Assembly (NCBI GenBank): GCA_902788485.1 | Contig: CADAKI010000001.1 | Location: 114,226-178,225 of the forward strand | Length of the DNA: 64,000 nt | Direction of reading: 5' to 3' | DNA from: an uncultured Pseudomonadota bacterium | Lineage (GTDB): Bacteria > Pseudomonadota > Alphaproteobacteria > Rs-D84 | Shown: piece by piece, positions 1-8,039 of the stretch | Position numbering within the stretch: position 1 is the stretch's first letter | Layout of the letters: the number at the start of each line of letters is the position of its first letter | The notes under the pieces: model-generated | The model's input: only the letters and a program-made list of their open reading frames with translations | What the model was told of the DNA's origin: nothing | Database searches by the model: none | Program-made: the position numbers and the translations under genes

Positions 1-840
1 TAAAATCAAAAACATAACATTTGATTCAACCTGTAATGCGCCAACAAACCCACGATTTAAATCACGCCAATCACGCACCACAAAACCATCCGGCAACAAC
101 CGTCCCAACGCATCACGCACCGTATTCGTATCATCGGCATTTTTCAAAAACAAATCTATATGCGTGACCGATTTTCCAATATTCAAATATTTCTGGGCCG
201 TCGCAAGATTCATAAATACATACCCCGAATCATATTCGTACATCCCCATAAAAAACGCGGTTTTTACCGGATACGACACAATTCGTGGCATCGAACCAAA
301 CGGCGTTGGTGTTGCCGCATTTGCCGACACCAACGATACATCCGTCCCCAACGACGCATTTAATGCACGCGACAAACTAGCCCCCATAACCAATTCGCCA
401 TCTTTTATTTCATCCAACGCCTTGCCATAAAAACGCGCCCCGTCCGATGTTTTTGAAATCAAATCAGACATATTTATTCCGCGAATCATCGCCCCAGAAT
501 TTTTGCCACCATGCGTCACCATCACCTGGCCTTCGGCAATCGGAACAATAGAAACGGTATTTGCCGCAACAATTTTATTTTGCCGCATTTTATCAATTAA
601 ATAATCATAATCAGAAATCGTGCCATCTTGGTGATACACAACAACATGTCCGTTCATACCAATAATGCGCCCCAACAACACATCATGAAAACCGCCCATA
701 ACAGACATCACAACAATCAGTGTCGCCACCCCCAACATAATTCCAATCAACGACACCCATGACACAACAGAACCAAAACCGCGCTTTTTCGCCCACAAAT
801 AACGATACGCAACCTTTTTTTCTAATTTTGAAAACAACAT
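1..840 (-). CDS. Lipoprotein-releasing ABC transporter permease LolC/E-like (FtsX/MacB family), N-terminal 280 aa; the gene runs off the window start
   Basis: Minus-strand reading frame is open from the ATG at 840 to position 1 (not in the ORF track because it has no stop). Translation MLFSKLEKKVAYRYLWAKKRGFGSVVSWVSLIGIMLGVATLIVVMSVMGGF... matches the LolC/LolE N-terminus, first TM and periplasmic domain. Confidence 0.8.
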   Translation of the reverse strand, partial: MLFSKLEKKVAYRYLWAKKRGFGSVVSWVSLIGIMLGVATLIVVMSVMGGFHDVLLGRIIGMNGHVVVYHQDGTISDYDYLIDKMRQNKIVAANTVSIVPIAEGQVMVTHGGKNSGAMIRGINMSDLISKTSDGARFYGKALDEIKDGELVMGASLSRALNASLGTDVSLVSANAATPTPFGSMPRIVSYPVKTAFFMGMYEYDSGYVFMNLATAQKYLNIGKSVTHIDLFLKNADDTNTVRDALGRLLPDGFVVRDWRDLNRGFVGALQVESNVMFLIL

Positions 841-857
841 ATCAAAACAACCCTTGT

Positions 858-2177
858 TTAATTATTCAAAAATTCCCGCAACGCATTTCCCGACAATCCA
901 ACATTAGAATTTACGCCCGCCGCATCTGAATCAACCACAGATATAATTCTGGGCGACATAAACACAACCAATTCTGCGAATGGACTGACCAATGTTTCCG
1001 GCGTTGTCACAAACGAGTGTGTTGGAATACCGATAATCACATAATTATCACCAACACTGGACGGGATATTAAACGATGTTAATTCGCCATATTTTGTTGT
1101 CAGAACGATTTTTGCATCAATCTTTTGATACCCACCGTAATCGCCATATTTTCCCGTGGCACCGACAACCAAATCTGTTTCCAATCTATCTTCTTTACTG
1201 CATTGACCGATATCAAATTTAGATTGCCATCCGTTTGGAATCGAAAAAGTTCCCTGGGAAATCAAAACAACATTTGATTGTTGTGCCAAAAATTCTTGTA
1301 ATGTTTTCGTGTTTATTTCCGGCCCAACAACCAACGCACGCCCAACAACACCCGGCACAGACATTTTTATATTTTGTTTTCCAAACGCCGGCAATAAATT
1401 CATCCAAATAATCGGGTTGTCTGTTTTTGGATACACGCGATACACATCCATATCCCATGCCAGCATATATTTTTTCGATGCGATATCCGCGATTATGCGC
1501 GACACTTCACGTTCGGTTTGCCAATCACCTTCGAATACAACGGTTTTATCCGACCAATTCACCAACAAATTCCGCACATCCGCGCCATGCATTGCATCCA
1601 ATAACGCCATAATAATCGATTGGTCTTTAGGCATCTTAATCATCCATTTTGCACGATGTTTCAAATGAATTTCCGCCGTCGTTTCATCATAAGAATAATA
1701 TGCACGCCCCATTTTAGAAATCAAATCAACCGTATCTGACAAAGTCCCTGACGCAACATCGCCCGATATTTTTTCAACCAACTGTTCATCCATAACAATC
1801 GCGACATCGGTGCCATCCAACAATTTATTTAACGCCGCCGCCACCGTCATATCTTTAAATTTATACCCCGACACAGACAATTCAGGCAACGGGTCCCCAA
1901 CCCCCAACCGCACAATTTCGATTTTTTCCGCCGGCACAACCGATACAACCGATTGATTATTCCAATCAACCGTGCACCGCATAGGCAATTCAACCGAAAA
2001 CCGTTGTGCTGTATCCGTCGTCAACGCCGCCTTTTTTGGAAAAATAGGCACAGATTTTTCATTTATCACACTGTTTTCAACAACCGTGATTGTATCATAT
2101 TGCGGAATGTTGTCATTTGTGTTTTGGCATGCCGCACACAAAACAACCATAACAAACCCAATTAAAATTTTTTTCAT
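858..2177 (-). CDS. Outer-membrane lipoprotein with a secretin-like C-terminal domain (type IVb pilus PilN/BfpB/TcpC-like)
   Basis: Start at the ATG at 2177, preceded by GGAGG. Signal peptide MKKILIGFVMVVLCAAC carries a lipobox Cys. C-terminus ...ETLVSPFAELVVFMSPRIIS resembles the secretin signature (..ELLVFITPRIV). Size 440 aa. Confidence 0.55.
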   Translation of the reverse strand: MKKILIGFVMVVLCAACQNTNDNIPQYDTITVVENSVINEKSVPIFPKKAALTTDTAQRFSVELPMRCTVDWNNQSVVSVVPAEKIEIVRLGVGDPLPELSVSGYKFKDMTVAAALNKLLDGTDVAIVMDEQLVEKISGDVASGTLSDTVDLISKMGRAYYSYDETTAEIHLKHRAKWMIKMPKDQSIIMALLDAMHGADVRNLLVNWSDKTVVFEGDWQTEREVSRIIADIASKKYMLAWDMDVYRVYPKTDNPIIWMNLLPAFGKQNIKMSVPGVVGRALVVGPEINTKTLQEFLAQQSNVVLISQGTFSIPNGWQSKFDIGQCSKEDRLETDLVVGATGKYGDYGGYQKIDAKIVLTTKYGELTSFNIPSSVGDNYVIIGIPTHSFVTTPETLVSPFAELVVFMSPRIISVVDSDAAGVNSNVGLSGNALREFLNN

Positions 2178-2208
2178 TTTGTGCCTCCTTCCTGTGGCTG
2201 TCATTTAA

Positions 2209-2529
2209 CTAAATATTCATCAATTTTTCAAATTCTTCCAATGTCATTTCGTAAATAGGCTTTTCCGTTGGCGTCACCAAACCTTTGACAGATTCAAATC
2301 GTTCTTCGAAAATTTTTATCACCCGCGCCACATCGGCCCCCACCGGACCGGCCTGTTGTAATCGACGACCATATTCAACAATGTATTCCAACACATCGGC
2401 AATAAAGAATCGACCAACATAGTTATCCATGTCGATACCGCCCTTTTGCACACATATAGCCGCCATTATTGCCAATGTCTGATTGTAAAAATTTGCCAAC
2501 TTGATAAAATTTTGAACTGTAATCGCCAT
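2209..2529 (-). CDS. Hypothetical 106-aa cytoplasmic protein, co-directional and immediately upstream of the secretin gene
   Basis: ORF with no recognisable motifs; 4-nt gap to the secretin gene. Confidence 0.4.
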   Translation of the reverse strand: MAITVQNFIKLANFYNQTLAIMAAICVQKGGIDMDNYVGRFFIADVLEYIVEYGRRLQQAGPVGADVARVIKIFEERFESVKGLVTPTEKPIYEMTLEEFEKLMNI

Positions 2530-2605
2530 ATGATTTTCCCTTACCTATTTTTTTACATTATAAAAACTATTGCCCACCGAACGCAAATGAATTATAATAT
2601 AAAAC

Positions 2606-2986
2606 ATGAAAATAAAACAAATTGCATTATTACTTGCTTTGACGGCATGTGCATCCGCCAACCGGGGCAATATTGATGACGCAACCATTTTGAATTGGGA
2701 AAACGACGCCGTCACAACCGAACAATTTGTTCGCGACCATAAATCATGCCTGGGAATCCGTTCCAATGATTACGCACCGCGTTCACGTATTGCACGATTA
2801 TTATTACCAAATCAAAACGACCAAATGCCGAATTGGGACGGCATATGGGTCACATTTCAATCAAATGAATACCGCGATGTCGGTCAACGCGCATTGATGT
2901 CTGTTCCCCGGAACAAGGCATCCAAAACCGTCGGTGCATATCGTCGTTGCATGTTGCGCCGTGGGTATTTATTGCGCGCGATGTAA
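2606..2986 (+). CDS. Hypothetical lipoprotein (126 aa)
   Basis: Signal peptide with lipobox MKIKQIALLLALTACAS. Confidence 0.5.
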   Translation: MKIKQIALLLALTACASANRGNIDDATILNWENDAVTTEQFVRDHKSCLGIRSNDYAPRSRIARLLLPNQNDQMPNWDGIWVTFQSNEYRDVGQRALMSVPRNKASKTVGAYRRCMLRRGYLLRAM

Positions 2987-3031
2987 AAATATTTTTTTCA
3001 CCCCTTTTTTATCCATCAAAAATATGTTATA

Positions 3032-3721
3032 ATGCGTGATATGAGGCGCTCTATTTATTTTTGGATATGTTTTTGCATTGCCATAATAATGGCGATATAT
3101 TTTGCATCACGAATAATAATGGTTGCGATGGGACATGGCGCCGCGTCTAAATTACACAAAACCCAAATTGTATCTGATGCCGAAAACAAAGATATGACGG
3201 CATTATCTGCCGCCGTTGCATTACCAAAAAACACACATATTTACAGTGTATCTTTGAACGACATCAATGAAAATTTGTTATCTGTGCCTGGTGTAAAAAA
3301 TGCCGCCACCCGCCGATTACCAAATGGGAATTTAATCATACATGTATCACACCATCATTTTGTTGCCACATGGACCGATGGCGAAAACTATTTTCCATTA
3401 TCTGACGACGGAACAATCGCGAATAATCCATCCGAAACACGACCTGATACCGCACTGTTATTCCGCGGCCCGGTCCCGACCGACATCACCGAAATCACAA
3501 ATGCCGCAAATGATATGATTTCCGAAATCGACTATATTGAATGGATTGAAAATCGCCGTTGGGATATACACACAAATGGTGGCATCACAATAAAATTACC
3601 TGAATCCGGTTTTGCATCTGCAATCGCTGGTTTAATAACATTGAACAAAAACAACAACATTTTGGGACGCGACATTCGTGTTATTGATATGCGCGACCCT
3701 GCACGCATTTTGGTTAAATAA
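3032..3721 (+). CDS. ftsQ: Cell division protein FtsQ
   Basis: N-terminal TM, then a POTRA/FtsQ-type periplasmic domain; sits immediately upstream of the ftsA homolog (conserved dcw order). Confidence 0.75.
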   Translation: MRDMRRSIYFWICFCIAIIMAIYFASRIIMVAMGHGAASKLHKTQIVSDAENKDMTALSAAVALPKNTHIYSVSLNDINENLLSVPGVKNAATRRLPNGNLIIHVSHHHFVATWTDGENYFPLSDDGTIANNPSETRPDTALLFRGPVPTDITEITNAANDMISEIDYIEWIENRRWDIHTNGGITIKLPESGFASAIAGLITLNKNNNILGRDIRVIDMRDPARILVK

Positions 3722-3724
3722 AAA

Positions 3725-5497
3725 ATGAATTTATCGGACTCTTGCTTTTTATGCCTTGATATCGGAACATCTTGCACCCGTGGTGTCGCACATCGTATTC
3801 GAAATGGGAAAATTGCAAAATCCGCAACCGCAATGTGCGACAATTTTAACCAACAATTCGCAATAAAATCTGTGATTGATAACTTGGAACACGAAATCGG
3901 CACCCATTTCGAAGACGCATACATCACCGGCAATTTTGGTAAATCTGAATTTTTACGCCCGCGCCAAAGCACATTGTGGAACAACGAACATAAAATCACA
4001 GAATCCGACATCCGTGTCCAAATTTCTAAAATAGAATTTCCAGATGGCTTTTCACCAATTCATATAATCCCATTACAATATGACACACCATCTGCACGCA
4101 AAATTGCAACGCCGATTGGTTATACCGACCATCAATTATTATCAACATTTGGCGTGATATGTTATGAAAACACCCGATTGAACGAAATTGTATCATTATT
4201 ACACAAGGCGCACATCCAATACAACGGCATGTTTGACCCGGGATATTTATTGGCACAAAACTTGCGCAAACCGGGTGAAACAATATTGTTGATTGACCTG
4301 GGGGCTGAATTTTCATCTATATCAATATGGAACAATCGTGGTGTGTTGTGGCACAAAAAATTACCGATTGGCATGTCCAATATAACAATGGATTTATCAA
4401 AATCATTAAACATCGATTTTGACGAGGCCGAAAGAATAAAACGCCAAACCGCAAATTTAATTCCACGCGCAATGGACCGTATGACGCCGGCCGATACCGC
4501 ATACGATTTCACCCGTGGCGATGTGAACGATATTGTTGTCCCAGATATTGTTGATATAATCGGACAAATTAAATCCGCATCCATGGACGCCGTATCAAAA
4601 TTATTACCCACCCGTATAATTGTCAGTGGTGGCGGCACACAAATTGACGGCGTTGTTGATTTCATAGGAAACGCATTTGCCATACCCGCCGAAAATCATC
4701 ATGCCGACGCAACAATAACCGCACTGTCTGATTATATATGGAACTCTGCGGCAAACGCCCGCGCGGCATACGCACAAAAAATGGCGCGTCATGAAAAATA
4801 CATAAACAAAATAAAAAAATTATTTACCACGCACCCCAAAAAGAAAAAGCCAAAATTTATACCAATCGCACCATCAACATTATGTTTTAATATGTATTCA
4901 CCTGCGACATATAAATTATTTGATGACGCGGGCATATCGACAATTCATGTTGATATAATGGACGGTTTTTATGTATCACGCGTGGCGGGTGGCATACATG
5001 AATTAAAAACAATTCGCGCAAACACACGCGCGCACCTGCATGTTCATTTAATGACCGAAAACCCGGCTGTATGGGCGGCCAACGCAATCCAGGCGGGCGC
5101 CGACACAATTATATTATCATTAAACACATCTGGGGTTCGGGCGGCTCTGCGCGGCATACGCGCAACCGGGCGCCGTGCCGGCGTTGCGATAAATCCCGAT
5201 ATTCCATTATCAACATTGGTGCCATTACTGCGCGATATTGACGAGGTTATGGTAATGGCGGTCCAACCGGGCGCCGCGGGTCAAGAATTCGACACATCTG
5301 TTCTGCAAAAAATTTTGGCCCTGGCCACAACACGCAAAAAACACGGATTAAAATATATTATATCTGTGGACGGCGGCATAAATGAAACAACCGCACAAAA
5401 ATGTTGGGACGCCGGCGCCGATTTATTGGTCAGTGGTTCTTATTTACAACATGCCCACGATTTTGCATTGGCTGTTCAAAGTTTATTAAAAAAATAA
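3725..5497 (+). CDS. ftsA: FtsA-like actin-family division protein (about 375 aa) fused in frame through a KKKKPK linker to a complete ribulose-phosphate 3-epimerase (Rpe) domain
   Basis: N-terminal part aligns with FtsA blocks (LCLDIGTS.., IIPLQYD, LLIDLGAEFSSISIW, IIVSGGGTQIDG). C-terminal 215 aa aligns with Rpe (IAPSTL..HVDIMDGFYV..HLMT..AVQPGAAGQEF..SVDGGI). No stop codon or obvious start separates them. Confidence 0.7.
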   Translation: MNLSDSCFLCLDIGTSCTRGVAHRIRNGKIAKSATAMCDNFNQQFAIKSVIDNLEHEIGTHFEDAYITGNFGKSEFLRPRQSTLWNNEHKITESDIRVQISKIEFPDGFSPIHIIPLQYDTPSARKIATPIGYTDHQLLSTFGVICYENTRLNEIVSLLHKAHIQYNGMFDPGYLLAQNLRKPGETILLIDLGAEFSSISIWNNRGVLWHKKLPIGMSNITMDLSKSLNIDFDEAERIKRQTANLIPRAMDRMTPADTAYDFTRGDVNDIVVPDIVDIIGQIKSASMDAVSKLLPTRIIVSGGGTQIDGVVDFIGNAFAIPAENHHADATITALSDYIWNSAANARAAYAQKMARHEKYINKIKKLFTTHPKKKKPKFIPIAPSTLCFNMYSPATYKLFDDAGISTIHVDIMDGFYVSRVAGGIHELKTIRANTRAHLHVHLMTENPAVWAANAIQAGADTIILSLNTSGVRAALRGIRATGRRAGVAINPDIPLSTLVPLLRDIDEVMVMAVQPGAAGQEFDTSVLQKILALATTRKKHGLKYIISVDGGINETTAQKCWDAGADLLVSGSYLQHAHDFALAVQSLLKK

Positions 5498-5526
5498 AAA
5501 ACAACACAAGATTTGTGTTGTTTTTT
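5498..5526. terminator. Bidirectional rho-independent terminator
   Basis: caacacaag-att-tgtgttg hairpin followed by T6, between convergent rpe-fusion and tsaE. Confidence 0.6.
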
Positions 5527-5579
5527 ATCGCGACGGAGCCGCAGGCGCAGACGGATTTATTACATATACTCCCATACGA

Positions 5580-5990
5580 TTATTTAATCTCAACCTTTCT
5601 GCCCATATCACAATCAACACCACAATTTGAAATATAAACATGTATCGTATTCGGTGGCAACATCGCCGATGCAACATCCGGCCATTCTATCAATGTAATA
5701 TCATTTTGAATTGCATGATCCAAACCGATTTCAATCAATTCCGATGCATCGGTAATTCTGTATAAATCAAAATGAGAAATTCCATCATAATTTTGCACAA
5801 TTGTAAATGTTGGCGATGGCACAACGGTATTTTCACCGCGTAATTGTTGAATTATTGCACGCGCAATCTCTGACTTTCCCATACCCAAATCACCATGCAA
5901 CGCAACCGTCACCGGCGCATGCAAAGTTTTTGCAAATTCGCGCGCCCAACAACGTGTTGCATTTACATCTGGTAAAATAACTTCACTCAT
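5580..5990 (-). CDS. tsaE: tRNA threonylcarbamoyladenosine biosynthesis ATPase TsaE (YjeE)
   Basis: 136 aa with P-loop GDLGMGKSE and YjeE-family layout. Confidence 0.75.
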   Translation of the reverse strand: MSEVILPDVNATRCWAREFAKTLHAPVTVALHGDLGMGKSEIARAIIQQLRGENTVVPSPTFTIVQNYDGISHFDLYRITDASELIEIGLDHAIQNDITLIEWPDVASAMLPPNTIHVYISNCGVDCDMGRKVEIK

Positions 5991-6000
5991 ATTTTTCGCC

Positions 6001-7998
6001 CTATTCTAATAACAACAAATCATCTTGCATTTTATTTATAGTGTCACGAATTGCCGCCGCTTCTTCAAACTCTAAATTTTCCGCGCATTTTTTCATGCGT
6101 TTTGTCAACGCCGCAATCTCTTTCTTCAAAGACGCCGCATCCCATGCACCATCCGCATTATAAACAAATTTGCGTTTCTTGTCCACCTTTTCATCTTTGT
6201 CAGCAACCTCGGCAAATACGGCCTTGGTAACAGTTTTCGGCACAATACCATGTTCGGCATTATACTTCATTTGAATTTCGCGACGACGCGCGGTCTCGTC
6301 TAATGCCTCGCGCATAGATTCTGTGATATTATCTGCATACAAAATAACACGTCCATTTGCATTTCGTGCCGCACGCCCAATCGTCTGAATCAACGACCGA
6401 GTCGAACGCAAAAAACCTTCTTTATCGGCATCCATAATCGCGACCAATTCGCATTCCGGCACATCCAACCCTTCGCGTAATAAATTGATACCAACCAACA
6501 CATCATATTTACCCAATCGCAAATCACGCAATAATTCAATGCGTTCCAATGTTTCAATATCACTGTGCAGATAACGCGCCCTGACCCCATTTTCGTTTAA
6601 GTAATCATTTAATTGTTCTGCCATTTTTTTGGTCAATGTCGTGACCAGCGCACGCCCCTTGATTTTTTTCAGTGTTTCCAACAAATCATCAACCTGATGC
6701 TCGATTGGGCGCACTTCGCAAATTGGGTCTAATAACCCGGTGGGACGAATAACCTGCTCTGACACAACACCACCTGATTGTTCCAATTCCCATTGTGCCG
6801 GTGTTGCCGACACAAAAATGGTTTGTGGACGTAATTTATCCCACTCTTCAAAAGTCAACGGCCGATTATCAATACACGCCGGCAACCGAAACCCATAATG
6901 CGACAGATTTTCTTTACGCGCCCGGTCCCCACGCGACATCGCACCAATTTGTGGCACGGTCACATGAGATTCATCAATAAACAAAACCGCGTCCCGTGGT
7001 AAATATTCAAACAAAGTCGGTGGCGGTTCACCCGGGGCACGCCCAGTCAAATATCGCGAATAATTTTCAATGCCACGACATGTTCCGGTTGATTCCATCA
7101 TTTCAATATCGAAATTCACGCGTTCACGCAGACGCTGTTCTTCGACATATTTCATATTATCGTGAAAATATTTCAACCGTTCGTCTAAATCATGACGGAT
7201 GTTATCAATCGCACTCAACACAGAAGGCATCGGCGTTGCATAGTGAGTATTTGGATACACCACCACCCGGTCCAATTTATGTAATTTTGCACCGGTCAGC
7301 GTATCAAATTCCCATATCTCCTCAATTTCATCGCCCCAAAAAGAAATTTTCCACCCCATGTCCGCCAAATGCGACGAGAACAAATCCAACACATCGCCAC
7401 GCACACGAAATTCACCGCGTGTTGGCGCAACATCATTTCGTTTATATTGAATATCAACCAAAGAACGAACGACATCTGCCACCCCGATTTTATCACCAAC
7501 ATTTAACGGTAAACGCATGGATGAATATTGTTCCGGCGACCCCATACCATAAATTGCCGAAACCGAAGACACAACAATAACATCGCGTTCTTCCAACATG
7601 GCGCGTGTTGCACTGTGTCGCATACGGTCCAACTGTTCATTTATTGCGGCATCTTTATCAATATATGTGTCGGTGGTGGGGATATATGCCTCGGGCTGGT
7701 AATAATCATAATAAGACACAAAATATTCAACATGATTATGCGGGAAAAACGCCTTCATTTCTGTATATAATTGCGCCGCCAGAATTTTATTCGGCGCCAT
7801 CAACAACGCCGGTCGCGACAATTCCGCGATAACATTTGCCATTGTAAATGTTTTACCCGACCCGGTGACACCTAATAAAACCTGGGACCGACGCCCAGAA
7901 TTGACACCATCAACCAATTCACGAATTGCGGTTGGCTGGTCCCCCATTGGGGCATAATCAGATTCAAGATTAAATATACTTTTTTTGTTCACAAACAT
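6001..7998 (-). CDS. uvrB: Excinuclease ABC subunit B
   Basis: 665 aa; Walker A GVTGSGKTF, helicase motifs, C-terminal UVR coiled coil. Confidence 0.95.
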   Translation of the reverse strand: MFVNKKSIFNLESDYAPMGDQPTAIRELVDGVNSGRRSQVLLGVTGSGKTFTMANVIAELSRPALLMAPNKILAAQLYTEMKAFFPHNHVEYFVSYYDYYQPEAYIPTTDTYIDKDAAINEQLDRMRHSATRAMLEERDVIVVSSVSAIYGMGSPEQYSSMRLPLNVGDKIGVADVVRSLVDIQYKRNDVAPTRGEFRVRGDVLDLFSSHLADMGWKISFWGDEIEEIWEFDTLTGAKLHKLDRVVVYPNTHYATPMPSVLSAIDNIRHDLDERLKYFHDNMKYVEEQRLRERVNFDIEMMESTGTCRGIENYSRYLTGRAPGEPPPTLFEYLPRDAVLFIDESHVTVPQIGAMSRGDRARKENLSHYGFRLPACIDNRPLTFEEWDKLRPQTIFVSATPAQWELEQSGGVVSEQVIRPTGLLDPICEVRPIEHQVDDLLETLKKIKGRALVTTLTKKMAEQLNDYLNENGVRARYLHSDIETLERIELLRDLRLGKYDVLVGINLLREGLDVPECELVAIMDADKEGFLRSTRSLIQTIGRAARNANGRVILYADNITESMREALDETARRREIQMKYNAEHGIVPKTVTKAVFAEVADKDEKVDKKRKFVYNADGAWDAASLKKEIAALTKRMKKCAENLEFEEAAAIRDTINKMQDDLLLLE

Positions 7999-8039
7999 AA
8001 ATATAATACAGTATAATCAAAATACAAGGGAAAGTAGAG

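Noticed and set aside
160-430. Plus-strand ORFs 160..363 and 164..430 from the six-frame track
   Set aside because: They are antisense to, and fully inside, the well-supported LolC/E reading frame on the minus strand.
3725-5497. Possibility that ftsA and rpe are two separate genes merely sharing a frame
   Set aside because: There is no stop codon between them, and the Rpe conserved N-terminal motif (IAPSTL) begins before the first in-frame ATG (4892) with no alternative start codon in place. I therefore report it as a fusion, flagged for assembly verification.
6996-7580. Numerous 60-230-aa ORFs antisense to or embedded in long conserved genes (for example 6996..7580 in uvrB, 10929..11642 in aspS, 19033..19716 in gyrB, 49529..50137 in pheT, 13994..14551, 57289..57699)
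   Set aside because: They overlap strongly supported housekeeping genes on the opposite strand or in another frame, have low-complexity translations, and lack RBS or start context; they are treated as spurious.
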